This document shows positions 43,939 through 52,813 of a DNA stretch of 64,000 nucleotides, piece by piece. Origin of the DNA: a virus; IMG/VR virus record IMGVR_UViG_3300037465_000558; one strand, given 5' to 3'. A program made the position numbers and the translations under genes. Each line of letters starts with the position of its first letter. Positions within the stretch are counted from its first letter, which is position 1. The notes below the pieces were generated by a model. The model was not told where the DNA came from. It was given only the letters and a program-made list of their open reading frames with translations, and did not search any database.

Positions 43939-44309
43939 CCATGGACGCCATCACCGAAGCCGACGCGACTCGGGCTCGCTTCAGCGCGATGGAGATCGCG
44001 GGCGTGAGCACGAAGCCTGTCCCGCACACTCCGATCGGTGACCGCATCCTCGTGCGGCCGATTCCGGTGAGCGACAAGACCGAGGGTGGGATCATCATCC
44101 CGGAGAACGCGAAGGAGAAGCCCCAGCGTGGCATCGTCGTCGCTGTAGGGCCGGGCCGCCTTCTGAATGATGGGACGCGCGCGCTCATGCAGGTCAAGGT
44201 GGGCGACGTGATCGCGTTCGCGAAGTACGCCGGGTCCGCGGTCTACTTCGACAACGAAGACCTCCAGGTCATGGGCGAGCACGAGGCGTATCTGGTGGAG
44301 GGTCGCTAG
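43935..44309 (+). CDS. groES: Co-chaperonin GroES with N-terminal extension
   Basis: PIGDRILV..KTEGGIIIPENAKEKPQRGIVVAVGPG..VKVGDVIAFAKYAG. Confidence 0.93.
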   Translation: MTMDAITEADATRARFSAMEIAGVSTKPVPHTPIGDRILVRPIPVSDKTEGGIIIPENAKEKPQRGIVVAVGPGRLLNDGTRALMQVKVGDVIAFAKYAGSAVYFDNEDLQVMGEHEAYLVEGR

Positions 44310-44648
44310 CTGAACTGCCTCCGCTGCGACAACGCCTTCCCCGTCTCGGGGCCTGCGTTCTCGGAAGCCTACGAGAACGAAGCGCGACCCGGCTACTGCA
44401 ACGGTTGCGCGGCGACGCTCGCGTTCCACGAGGCGGTCGACTGCGGCGACTACAAGATTGAGCCCCTGGAAGCCTGGGTCGAGAAGCCTTCGGTCGAGGT
44501 TCAGGCTGTGGGCCGCCATCCCGTGAAGGAGTCCGACCTAAACCTCGCCATTCCTCGTTCGGGGCTTCCCACGGCGTCCTACTACACTTTGTCCTCGCTG
44601 GATGGTGTCATCATCCGAAAGCCAAAGCCGGAGGATGACAAGAAGTGA
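44310..44648 (+). CDS. Zn-finger protein with apparent CTG start
   Basis: Stop-free 113-codon frame filling the gap; GGAGG 9 nt before CTG; CLRC..CNGC; GTGA overlap with the next gene. Confidence 0.6.
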   Translation: MNCLRCDNAFPVSGPAFSEAYENEARPGYCNGCAATLAFHEAVDCGDYKIEPLEAWVEKPSVEVQAVGRHPVKESDLNLAIPRSGLPTASYYTLSSLDGVIIRKPKPEDDKK

Positions 44649-45388
44649 GCGACGAGGAGAAGCCGACAGTCGAGACTCAGTCTGTTGGCCGCCGTCCCAT
44701 GCGGGATCCGGGTGGCGGCATCGACTGGAGCGTCTACTCCGAGGACGGGCTCACGAAAATCTTCTTCGGCCATCTCTACCGCTCTCGTCACTCGATCGGC
44801 GACCGCCGCGCTCCTGGCGAGATGCCCATGGAAAGCGACTACCAGCTCGGGATCCCGACGAGCGAGGCGAAGCTCGTTCGTGGCGGCAACGTGAAGTCGG
44901 GCATCGAGGTCGCGCTCTCGAACCGCTTCGATCCGCAGAAGTTCGCATCCAACCTCATCCTCACCGGGCCGGGCGAAGTCCCAGGCGTGAGCGCGGGGAC
45001 AGCCTACGCGCGGGTGCCGCGCGACAAGTGGCCGCGGGTCGCCGTCCAGGTCATCTCCGAGCTGACCTACCGCTGGCAGCGCTGGGCGCTCATGGCGGCA
45101 GGCAAGGGCTGGGTCGAGCTGAAGTACCCCGTCGTCTGGGAGGCAACCGACGGCTCGGGGAAGCGCTTCGAGTCGAGCATCGGGAAGGACGGCCTCCCCC
45201 AGGCGTGGCACGCGACGCACGTGGCCTTGGAGGTCGCCGAGGAGCGCGTGCCCACGGAGTGGCCCGAGATGATGCGCGGGCCCCGCAACGCCCTCGCCAC
45301 GGCGTCGCAAGCCGACCGCGAGTACGCGGCCAAGGTGGCGCCCTGGTACTACGACGAGTGGAAGAACGAGGAAGGAGCCGGCACGTGA
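44645..45388 (+). CDS. Hypothetical protein
   Basis: 247 aa with strong GC3 bias, overlaps both neighbours. Confidence 0.75.
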   Translation: MSDEEKPTVETQSVGRRPMRDPGGGIDWSVYSEDGLTKIFFGHLYRSRHSIGDRRAPGEMPMESDYQLGIPTSEAKLVRGGNVKSGIEVALSNRFDPQKFASNLILTGPGEVPGVSAGTAYARVPRDKWPRVAVQVISELTYRWQRWALMAAGKGWVELKYPVVWEATDGSGKRFESSIGKDGLPQAWHATHVALEVAEERVPTEWPEMMRGPRNALATASQADREYAAKVAPWYYDEWKNEEGAGT

Positions 45389-45588
45389 ACGACCAGGCCC
45401 GCTACGTCCCGCCGACCTCCGCTCGCTGTAACGCGTGCGGCGTCATCGGTCAGGTCGTGATCGATGCGAGTATTCCCTGCGGCTACCGACTTGCGCAGGG
45501 CTGGGCCTGGCGGGAGCGCGGCGGCGGATCGAGGGTTCCCGTCTGCGATCGGTGCATCGCGATCGGAGCCGCGGAGGTCGACCGATGA
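45385..45588 (+). CDS. Small Zn-ribbon protein
   Basis: RCNACG..VCDRC; GTGA/ATGA overlaps. Confidence 0.6.
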   Translation: MNDQARYVPPTSARCNACGVIGQVVIDASIPCGYRLAQGWAWRERGGGSRVPVCDRCIAIGAAEVDR

Positions 45589-45851
45589 AGAAGGGTGACA
45601 AGGTCGTGTTCACGTCCCAGGCCAGCGAGGCGCTCACGGCGATCGTGCGTGAGGTCCACGAGAAGCGCTCGGGGCTCTCTTTCGCCCAGGCCAAGGCCGA
45701 GGGGTTCGCTGCCACGATCGGCGGAGTCGAGGGCGCCGAGGATCCGCGGCGGGAGGTCTACCTGGACCTCGCCATTGAGAAGATGGGCGACCGCAACATG
45801 GTTCCCGAGGGTCTCCCCGGTGAGACGGGCGCCTGGTCGGAACCGGCGTAG
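45585..45851 (+). CDS. Hypothetical protein
   Basis: MKKGDKVVF..; 88 aa. Confidence 0.65.
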   Translation: MKKGDKVVFTSQASEALTAIVREVHEKRSGLSFAQAKAEGFAATIGGVEGAEDPRREVYLDLAIEKMGDRNMVPEGLPGETGAWSEPA

Positions 45852-45882
45852 TGCTCCCGTGGCGACGAGAGGAGGCGTAGCC

Positions 45883-46263
45883 GTGAACTACGACGACATA
45901 ATCGTGAAGGCACTCCAGGGGACGCCTGGAGAGCTGCCGAAGGATCTCGACGAGGCGTACCGCGGTCGCGCGCTCTTTTTCGCGCTCTACGTCGAGGGGC
46001 TCCGAGCCTACTCAGTTGCTCGGGCGCGAGGAGCGCGAGTGGGATTCTTCGAGTGGTCTATCGGAGACGCCTTCTCGCTCAAGGTGAATGAGCACGAGGT
46101 CAAGTTCGAGCGGGTCCCAATGAAGCCCGTCATCAAGGTCGTGCGATTTGGTCTCGCCGGTCCCGACGAGGAGGTCATGGCTCCCGTGGGTGGTGACTAC
46201 CGTGTGTTGGCCGGAACGATGATTGGCGCTGCGCTCGATCTTTTGCTGCGGGAGTCGCGATGA
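45883..46263 (+). CDS. Hypothetical protein
   Basis: GTG with GAGGAGG RBS. Confidence 0.65.
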   Translation: MNYDDIIVKALQGTPGELPKDLDEAYRGRALFFALYVEGLRAYSVARARGARVGFFEWSIGDAFSLKVNEHEVKFERVPMKPVIKVVRFGLAGPDEEVMAPVGGDYRVLAGTMIGAALDLLLRESR

Positions 46264-46275
46264 GAGGAGGAGAGC

Positions 46276-46704
46276 GTGAGCAAAGAACCCGATGACCTCG
46301 ATGTCCCGGCGCGGCTTGCCGACGGCTGGGCGTACGTGGTGAGCCTCGTGGGCGGCGAGCGGCGCTACCTGCATTCGACGCTCAGGCTCTCACAGGTACG
46401 CGCCCTCCACGCCGCGGCGATCAAGGAGGGCGCGCTCTTCCTCGACTTCGACGGCGCTCGCTTCGATCCCGAAGGGACGCCCGAGTGCGCGGGCTACGTC
46501 ATCGTGAACCACATCCTCTCGGTGGGCTACGCCGACCCCATCGCGTCCCTGGAGGTTGCGGCGGCGATCCGGCGCCAGGACGCCCTCATGGCGGAGGTCG
46601 ACGCGGAGGAGAAGGGCGGCGGCGAGGGGAACGAGAAGGGCGGCGCGGCGCCCGCGGGCCAGGCGCCGGCCGAGGACGAGGAAACGTCGTCCCTCTTCCG
46701 GTAG
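46276..46704 (+). CDS. Hypothetical protein
   Basis: 142 aa, GAGGAG RBS. Confidence 0.7.
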   Translation: MSKEPDDLDVPARLADGWAYVVSLVGGERRYLHSTLRLSQVRALHAAAIKEGALFLDFDGARFDPEGTPECAGYVIVNHILSVGYADPIASLEVAAAIRRQDALMAEVDAEEKGGGEGNEKGGAAPAGQAPAEDEETSSLFR

Positions 46705-46896
46705 AAGCACCAACGCAGGGTGCGTCTTCATAGAGAGAACTCGCCCGCGGGATGGTCTCGCGGGCGAGTTGCTTTCTAGAAGCGCTCGTCGCGGAATTTG
46801 CGACTGTATGCGCCTCGGGCTCATTCAAGCCCAGCGAGAGCGAGAGGATGACCTCCGCCGATTCGGAGATGGTCGTCTGGTAGGTGACGGGCGGCG

Positions 46897-47442
46897 GTGG
46901 GGCGGGAATCGCTATGGGCCCACCATCGCAGACGATCTTCCTCGGGGTGTCGTGGGCCTGATGAGATTACGCCGGTCGCGCTCGCGCGGCTACTGCGTCC
47001 ATTCGGGGTCGCGCCCGCCAACATGCGACTTCCGGGCGGCGGCGTCGCCAAGGGCTACACGCTGGCCTCGCTCCGCGAGGCGATCGAGCGCTACGTCGCG
47101 CCGCCGGCCGCACCGCCCCCGGAGGAGGACGAGGACCCGACCCCGCCTGAGGGCGACGAGGAGGACGAGGACGCGGCTCCCTCCGCGCCGCCTCCCGTCC
47201 TGGATCCTTGGCGCCAGCCCGCGTTGAGGAGTTCGTCCTCGGCGGCGGGCGTGAGCCGGTGGGGGACGTGCAGCGCTGTCCGGCGGCGGGCGCGGAGCCC
47301 CCGGACAGCCAGCGCGAGGCGGTCCCGCCCGCGGGTCCGTAGCCACGCCTGGACGTGCCGCGGCAGCGTCGCCGCCCCGCCGCCTCCCCCGCCGCCAGGC
47401 GCTACACCGCTACGGCCCGACGCCGCCGAGGGATCGGCGTAG
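46897..47442 (+). pseudogene. Remnant of a DUF3631-like replication protein C-terminus
   Basis: Segment ITPVALARLLRPFGVAPANMRLPGGGVAKGYTLASLREAIERYV matches the LA.LL..FG....R....KGY..W/Y pattern; upstream frame is broken. Confidence 0.45.
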
Positions 47443-47795
47443 CGGCTAGCCGCTACGCGGTCCGCTACACCGTCCGCTACGCCACCCTGTAGCGGCTCGT
47501 GTAGCGGCTGATCCGCTACGCCCATGTCTCGGTCCGCCACGGCCGTAGCCGTGTAGCGACTCGCAGCGGGATCCTCCGCCGTCCCGCCCCGGATGACGAT
47601 GTTGCCACCGCTCCCCTTGCTGGGCTTGATCCGCGTGTCGAGCGCACGCGTCGCCCGTAGGTCGTCCTCGTTGAGGATCCGCTTGGGCGCCCGCAGACGT
47701 CGCGCGGCGAGCCCGATCATGCCGAGGGTCCACGCCACGGCGATGGCGACGCCTATCGCGATCGGGAAAGGCGCTTCGACCACGCTCGCCTCCAT
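47091..47795 (-). CDS. Membrane-anchored hypothetical protein with VAD repeats
   Basis: N-terminal TM; overlaps the repeat cluster; 3' extent doubtful. Confidence 0.4.
   Translation of the reverse strand: MEASVVEAPFPIAIGVAIAVAWTLGMIGLAARRLRAPKRILNEDDLRATRALDTRIKPSKGSGGNIVIRGGTAEDPAASRYTATAVADRDMGVADQPLHEPLQGGVADGVADRVAASRYADPSAASGRSGVAPGGGGGGGAATLPRHVQAWLRTRGRDRLALAVRGLRARRRTALHVPHRLTPAAEDELLNAGWRQGSRTGGGAEGAASSSSSSPSGGVGSSSSSGGGAAGGAT
47407..47519. repeat. Cluster of eight CCGCTAC/GTAGCGG heptamers in both orientations
   Basis: Forward at 47407, 47450, 47462, 47474, 47513; reverse at 47439, 47489, 47501. Confidence 0.85.
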
Positions 47796-47910
47796 GCTCG
47801 CCTTCTAGCGGCGGTTGCCTTGTCGATCATGCGATTGAGTGCCACACAGAGCATGATGCGCATCCACTTGAGATCGTCGAGACGTTTTCTGGGAACGGAG
47901 CGCATGACTG

Positions 47911-48255
47911 CTACTCTCCGAAGACCACGCGCGCCGCCGCCTGCCCGTCATCGTAGCCGGCGCGGTACTCCTCGTTGCTCTCCTTTAGGTGTTGGGTGTG
48001 AGTTTCGAGGTGACGGCTGTCGAATCCGTCGGTGAAGCCGCAGATGTAGGCTGTGCTGAGCCCGAGGAACTCGCAGGCCATGGCGCTCGCCGAAGGCGTC
48101 GGCAGCTTCGTGAGCGCGCCGGGATGCTCGGCGTGGAGTACGGCGCCGAGGCCGCAGCAACCTCCCGTCTCGCTGTGCCCCCACATCCCGCGGGCGGGTT
48201 GGCGGCCGGTCTTCTCGTAGGCGCGCTGGACGCGCTCGATGGTGATGCGGTTCAT
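47911..48255 (-). CDS. Hypothetical protein
   Basis: ATG 48255 (ATGA overlap); GCCGLGA. Confidence 0.6.
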   Translation of the reverse strand: MNRITIERVQRAYEKTGRQPARGMWGHSETGGCCGLGAVLHAEHPGALTKLPTPSASAMACEFLGLSTAYICGFTDGFDSRHLETHTQHLKESNEEYRAGYDDGQAAARVVFGE

Positions 48256-48719
48256 GTGGCCGGCGGCTCCCAGGTCTCGGGGAGCGCCTGCGCGGCCTCC
48301 AGCTTTTCCTCGGCCTCCGAGAGCCTCTCGTTGAGACACTCCACGTTCCCCTTGGCGCGCTTGATCGCCTCGGCGCGCGCGTCGGCCCACTCGAAGAAGA
48401 AGCGGTAGGAGCCTGCCTCGCGGGCGCCGCGCTGCGCTTCCAGAATTCGATGGAGGCTGGCTGCTTCGCCATCGGCCGTCCTGCCTGTGAGGCACCAGTA
48501 GGGTTTGTCGCTGCTCTCGTTGATGAGGTTCCAGAGCGACCATTGCTTCGTGAATGGTGCGCCGGGGCGGTCGGTGTCGTGGGGCATGACCTTCGCCCAC
48601 GAGTCGTTCACGTGCCAGACGGCGCGGCGGACTTTGATCTCGCCGTCGTCCTGGACGTGGAAGAAGTAGACGGTCTCGCCGTCCTTCGGGCGGAGGACGG
48701 CCTTGGGGAGGGCACTCAC
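48252..48719 (-). CDS. Hypothetical protein
   Basis: 155 aa, overlaps both neighbours. Confidence 0.7.
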   Translation of the reverse strand: MSALPKAVLRPKDGETVYFFHVQDDGEIKVRRAVWHVNDSWAKVMPHDTDRPGAPFTKQWSLWNLINESSDKPYWCLTGRTADGEAASLHRILEAQRGAREAGSYRFFFEWADARAEAIKRAKGNVECLNERLSEAEEKLEAAQALPETWEPPAT

Positions 48720-49024
48720 GGCCTGAACCTCTTCCCCTCGCCTCCGCCGGGCGCCGTGGGGAGGTCGTCGTCCCCGGCCGTCCGCGCCTCGTTGAGCCAG
48801 CGCCAGAACGCCGTCCCGAGCGCGGTGACCCCTTGGCTCGCGGCGCCTTTGGCGAGCCCCTTCGCGGCACAGGGCGGGCAGACGGCGACCTTCATAACGC
48901 GCCCGCAGCCGGCGCAGTTGCGGAGGCGATCCAGCTCGGCGCGGAGGGCCAGGATGCAGGATGACTCGTTGACGTGGGCGGCGCCCGGCGGGAGCGGGAG
49001 GCCGCAGCCTTCGCAGGCGTTCAT
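48716..49024 (-). CDS. Zn-finger protein
   Basis: CEGC..H..C, CAGC..CPPC. Confidence 0.6.
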   Translation of the reverse strand: MNACEGCGLPLPPGAAHVNESSCILALRAELDRLRNCAGCGRVMKVAVCPPCAAKGLAKGAASQGVTALGTAFWRWLNEARTAGDDDLPTAPGGGEGKRFRP

Positions 49025-49094
49025 GCGGAGGTCGGCCTCGCGGCCCAGGTCTGCTCTATCTCCAGCTTGGAGCCTTCGATCTCGTCGGAAACGC

Positions 49095-49427
49095 TCACGC
49101 GATACCTCCCGTCGTCGTCGGCGCGGACGTGGGCGCAGGCGCGACGGGCGCCGCCGCCGCCGCGCGCAACTGGTCAGCGACCGCAGGCAGCCGCGGCAGG
49201 AGAGCAAAGATGCCGCCGCCCGAATCAGCCGCAAGCTGAAACTCCATGAGCTTGGCATCCGGCACCAGCGAGAGGAGCTGATCCCACACCTCGACCATGC
49301 GGAGCCCCGCACGCCCGCGCGGGAAGCAGTAGGTCGCGCACGCATCGCAGGTCAGGTATGGGCGGCCCTTCTTGTCGGCGCGGACCGACATTGATCGACG
49401 GGAGCCGCAGAACATGCAGTTCTTCAT
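49095..49427 (-). CDS. Zn-ribbon protein
   Basis: CMFC..DKKGRPYLTCDAC. Confidence 0.7.
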   Translation of the reverse strand: MKNCMFCGSRRSMSVRADKKGRPYLTCDACATYCFPRGRAGLRMVEVWDQLLSLVPDAKLMEFQLAADSGGGIFALLPRLPAVADQLRAAAAAPVAPAPTSAPTTTGGIA

Positions 49428-49681
49428 GACTCCTTCTCTTTCGGATCAATCCTGTGCTGGTGTGTGATCTCCCCCGTCTTCGTGTCTACCCACACCTCAT
49501 GGGCTCGATCCTTCTCCATGTAGCAATGTTCTACGCACTGAATGACGTATGCCCCCTTCTGGATGTCTTCCGAAGCCGAAAGCACATGCCACAGAGTCAG
49601 AGTGAAGTTGCCGCAATTGTGCTCGAAGTGATCGCGAACCTTCTTGATCGCGTCTGTCAACGACAAGGCATTCCCAGCCAT
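49424..49681 (-). CDS. Hypothetical protein
   Basis: 85 aa, ATGA overlap. Confidence 0.55.
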   Translation of the reverse strand: MAGNALSLTDAIKKVRDHFEHNCGNFTLTLWHVLSASEDIQKGAYVIQCVEHCYMEKDRAHEVWVDTKTGEITHQHRIDPKEKES

Positions 49682-49949
49682 CTACTCCTCCTCCCGTCGC
49701 CATGGCAGCACGCCCTCGCGGGCGCGCGCGAAGCGCGACTTCTCTACGGCGTACTTGCCGTCACGATAGCCCCGAGCACGAGTTCGGGTCGTATCCGCCG
49801 CTGAACGCCTTCCGAGCCTCGCCGTCTTCGTTGAACGAGAACACGTAGACGCTCATGCTTCCTCCTTCTTGGCGCCGCACCGCGGACAGAACCGGATGCG
49901 GCTCGTGAGTTGGTCGCGCTGGCTTCTTCGTCTTGAAAAGTCCGTGCGT

Positions 49950-50795
49950 TCAGTCGGTGCAGAAACAGTCCGAACCCTTGTCCTCGTCGCTGCCCGGCGT
50001 CCAATCCTTCGCCTTCTCGATGAAGTAAGTCATGGGTTTTCCCGGCACGAACGTTCGCGACGAGGCGTTCTCGGGAGCCTCCCGTTCGCGCGCGGCCCAC
50101 CACTCCGCGCGTTCCGGCTCCTCGTGGATCGTCCGCAGTTTCTTGTCCGTGGACTTAAGGAAGCAGAGATCGCAGTTCCCTTGGTAGTGGGCGAGCCCGA
50201 GATCGAAGCCTTGCTTATTGTCGGCCCAGAACGCCGTCACGTCCTCGATGGTGTGCCCCGCCGTGAACATGGGCCAGTCGCACTCCCACCTCTGGCCCTT
50301 CTGGAACGCCCCGGCCTTGAGCTTGGCGACGCGGTTGGGCTCGTCGGCGCGGAGCCCTACGTTGTGAGTCCACTCCTCGTAACCCAAGAAGCGCCACATG
50401 AAGTTCTTCATGGGGATGATTTTGAGTTGTTCCGTGCAGAAGCGGAGCGCCGCGCCCGGTAGGTAGCCTCTCTTGTCGAGGAGCGCCTTGAAGGGCTCCC
50501 CGTTGCGTGCAGCGGTCTCATACGAGACCTCCTTGAACTCCGTCGGTTCGCGCCACCCGTTCGGGACGTACTCGATCCAGCGGACGTTGACCGACCACCT
50601 CGTCTCGACGTTGTGGACGAAGGCGAGCGTCTCCTCTCGCTCCTTGCCTGTGTTCGCGAACAGAACGTGTACGTCGTCGGGGAGCCTACCCCCGTGCGCG
50701 TCGAGGATGTGCCTCAACATGAAACCGCTCGTTCGACCCCCCGAGAAACCTATGGAGGCAGGGCCTTCGATCCGGTAAGGATTCCTGCCTACCAT
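49950..50795 (-). CDS. PAPS reductase-family protein (phage type)
   Basis: SIGFSGGRTSGFML, FANTGKEREET, RFCTEQLK, VGLRADE, GNCDLCFLK, C-terminal CFC. Confidence 0.85.
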   Translation of the reverse strand: MVGRNPYRIEGPASIGFSGGRTSGFMLRHILDAHGGRLPDDVHVLFANTGKEREETLAFVHNVETRWSVNVRWIEYVPNGWREPTEFKEVSYETAARNGEPFKALLDKRGYLPGAALRFCTEQLKIIPMKNFMWRFLGYEEWTHNVGLRADEPNRVAKLKAGAFQKGQRWECDWPMFTAGHTIEDVTAFWADNKQGFDLGLAHYQGNCDLCFLKSTDKKLRTIHEEPERAEWWAAREREAPENASSRTFVPGKPMTYFIEKAKDWTPGSDEDKGSDCFCTD

Positions 50796-51069
50796 TGGGC
50801 AGGACTCCCGGCTGCCCGGCTGCACAACAACGGGAAGGGTCTCCACCCGGCGTCGCACGCCGCGATCATGCCGTCAACGCCGATCCGCGGCATGCAACCC
50901 GCCGCGGTGCGGACGCGATGCCAGTCGTCGCAGTATGCGTTGGAGTCGTAGGGGTCCATACGCTTCCTGTGAGATGGCCTCTGGTGGGCGAGCGTCCAGG
51001 TTGCGAGCCTGGCCACCCCTCGCCACGTCGATGCATTCTACCGTGGCGCGGCGCCCATGCGGCTGTTTC

Positions 51070-51354
51070 CTAGGGGCGGTACGCCTTCCCTCGCGGCGCC
51101 TCGTCGTCCTCGTACTCCTCGTCGTCCTCGTCCTCGTCGCCGGGCCCGTCGTCCGTGGCACGCTCGACGAGTGCCTGGAGGTGGGCAGCCATCTTCTTGT
51201 CGAGGAGGAGCGCCACGGGGATCGCGTCGCCGTCCTCGTCCACGGCGAGGATGAAGTGGGCGCGCCTGTCGCCTACCATCCCTTCTCCCATCTCGAAGTT
51301 CGTGAAGTCGGGGTCTCGGATGGCGGCGTAGAGCTTCTCCATCTTGTTGCTCAT
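51070..51354 (-). CDS. Acidic hypothetical protein
   Basis: 94 aa, ATGA overlap. Confidence 0.65.
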   Translation of the reverse strand: MSNKMEKLYAAIRDPDFTNFEMGEGMVGDRRAHFILAVDEDGDAIPVALLLDKKMAAHLQALVERATDDGPGDEDEDDEEYEDDEAPRGKAYRP

Positions 51355-51542
51355 CGCTTCTTCTTGTCCTCCTCCTCGAATGCCTGAACCATCACCCGCA
51401 GCGCATCCGTGCGGGTCATCGGTACTCCCGTCTCGTGAGTCATGCGCTCCGCGAGCGCGTCTATCTTGGCGACCAACTCGCCCGGAAGCCGGGCGCCGAT
51501 CGTCACGAGCTTCCCGCCGGATTGCGGGTTACGCGTTCGCAT
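51351..51542 (-). CDS. Ribbon-helix-helix regulator
   Basis: KLVTIGARLPGELVAKIDALA..TRTDALR. Confidence 0.75.
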   Translation of the reverse strand: MRTRNPQSGGKLVTIGARLPGELVAKIDALAERMTHETGVPMTRTDALRVMVQAFEEEDKKKR

Positions 51543-51551
51543 GGATTCCTC

Positions 51552-51579
51552 TTGACAACGGTGGACGGTGTTCTACACT
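51552..51579 (+). promoter_or_regulatory. sigma70-like promoter at the second strand switch
   Basis: TTGACA-N16-TACACT. Confidence 0.6.
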
Positions 51580-51599
51580 GTAGCACAAGCCACGGAGCC

Positions 51600-52406
51600 A
51601 TGCAAGTGTCCCACGGTCAGAATCCGATCCGTCCCACGCGCCACGGGCTCAAGAGGTTGCAACTCGATCCCGAGGTCAACGAGGAGATGCTGCGCCGTCT
51701 CCGCGCGGCGCCCGACCGCGCTGAGATCACGCGCTCGACAATCGAGGAGATCAACTCGCTTGTCCTGCGCTACCCGTCCGCCGTCCGCGTGAGGTTCACG
51801 AAGCACCTTCGCGAGCACGGAAGCGGGACCGTCCACATCGCGCGCTTCCTCTCGCCGAGCGGCGACCACATCGTCCGGCTCATCCTCACGACCACGGAGA
51901 AGCCCGACGTCTACATGGCGTGGCCGTTCCTCCACGAGGTCACGCTCGCCGACCTCGCCGAGGTCTTCCGGCGCGCTTTTGAGAAGGCGACGCTCGCCCA
52001 GCATGACCGCAGCGAGACGACGTGCTTCATCTGCGATGGGGAGTTCCTTCCGGGCGACATGGTGCTTGACGCTCTCCGTGGCGGCTCGCTCTCCGAAGAC
52101 CATGCGCATCTCATCTGCGTGCTCGCGGACCTCCGACTCCGGGATCGCTTCGATGAGCTGCTCCGGCCGCTCCGCATCTTCGACCAAGAAAACTCCGACG
52201 TTCCCAGCGAGAGCTATGACGTGCTCGCCCGCGATGCCTTCGCGACGGTCGGCATCTGGCGCATCGCGTCTTCCGAACGCCACTGGCGCCTCATGCGCAA
52301 GCGCGCATCGAGCGGCTGGCCGCGCCTCATAAGGCATCACCAAACGATCGGGTCGCGTAGCCCGAGCGTGTTCCAGCAACCGCAGCAAGAAGGGAAGAAG
52401 CCGTGA
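51600..52406 (+). CDS. Paralog family member 1 (variable N-domain + CxxC..HxxC domain)
   Basis: CFICDGEFLPGD..HAHLIC..SERHWRL..TIGSRSP. Confidence 0.7.
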   Translation: MQVSHGQNPIRPTRHGLKRLQLDPEVNEEMLRRLRAAPDRAEITRSTIEEINSLVLRYPSAVRVRFTKHLREHGSGTVHIARFLSPSGDHIVRLILTTTEKPDVYMAWPFLHEVTLADLAEVFRRAFEKATLAQHDRSETTCFICDGEFLPGDMVLDALRGGSLSEDHAHLICVLADLRLRDRFDELLRPLRIFDQENSDVPSESYDVLARDAFATVGIWRIASSERHWRLMRKRASSGWPRLIRHHQTIGSRSPSVFQQPQQEGKKP

Positions 52407-52810
52407 AGGCCACCGACAAGAAGCCCGTTCCGATCACGAAGTGGGTCGACTTGAACGCCACCGAGGCCAAGGAGTGGTTGAAGCTCAACTGCGCTCTCAA
52501 CCGGCCGCTCTCCATGGCCCAGGTCTCTCAGTACGCGAAGGACATGGTCGAGGGCACGTGGCACGAGACCGCTCCTCACACGCCCATCGCCTTCGACTGG
52601 GATGGGAATCTCGATCAGGGCCGCGTCCGCGGAGCCAGCGATCATTTCGCCGTCATGTTCAAGCAGGAGCGCGGTCAGGACGCGAAGAACCACAAGTGGG
52701 TGACTTCGATCGCGCGCGCCATGCTCCAGGGTGTCTCGGCGCGCCGCCAGGAGGCGGCGGCGCTTGAGAGGGCCGCGACCCAGACCCAACCGGTCGGGAA
52801 GGAGAGCTAG
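52403..52810 (+). pseudogene. Internally truncated ParB/Srx-like protein
   Basis: NRPLS..V..YAKDM..GTW..PIAFDWDGNL then DQG; the expected DG.HR core is absent. Confidence 0.5.
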
Positions 52811-52813
52811 GCC

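Noticed and set aside
47407-47519. CRISPR array
   Set aside because: Units are only 7 bp, in mixed orientation and irregularly spaced; no 25-45 nt unique spacers.
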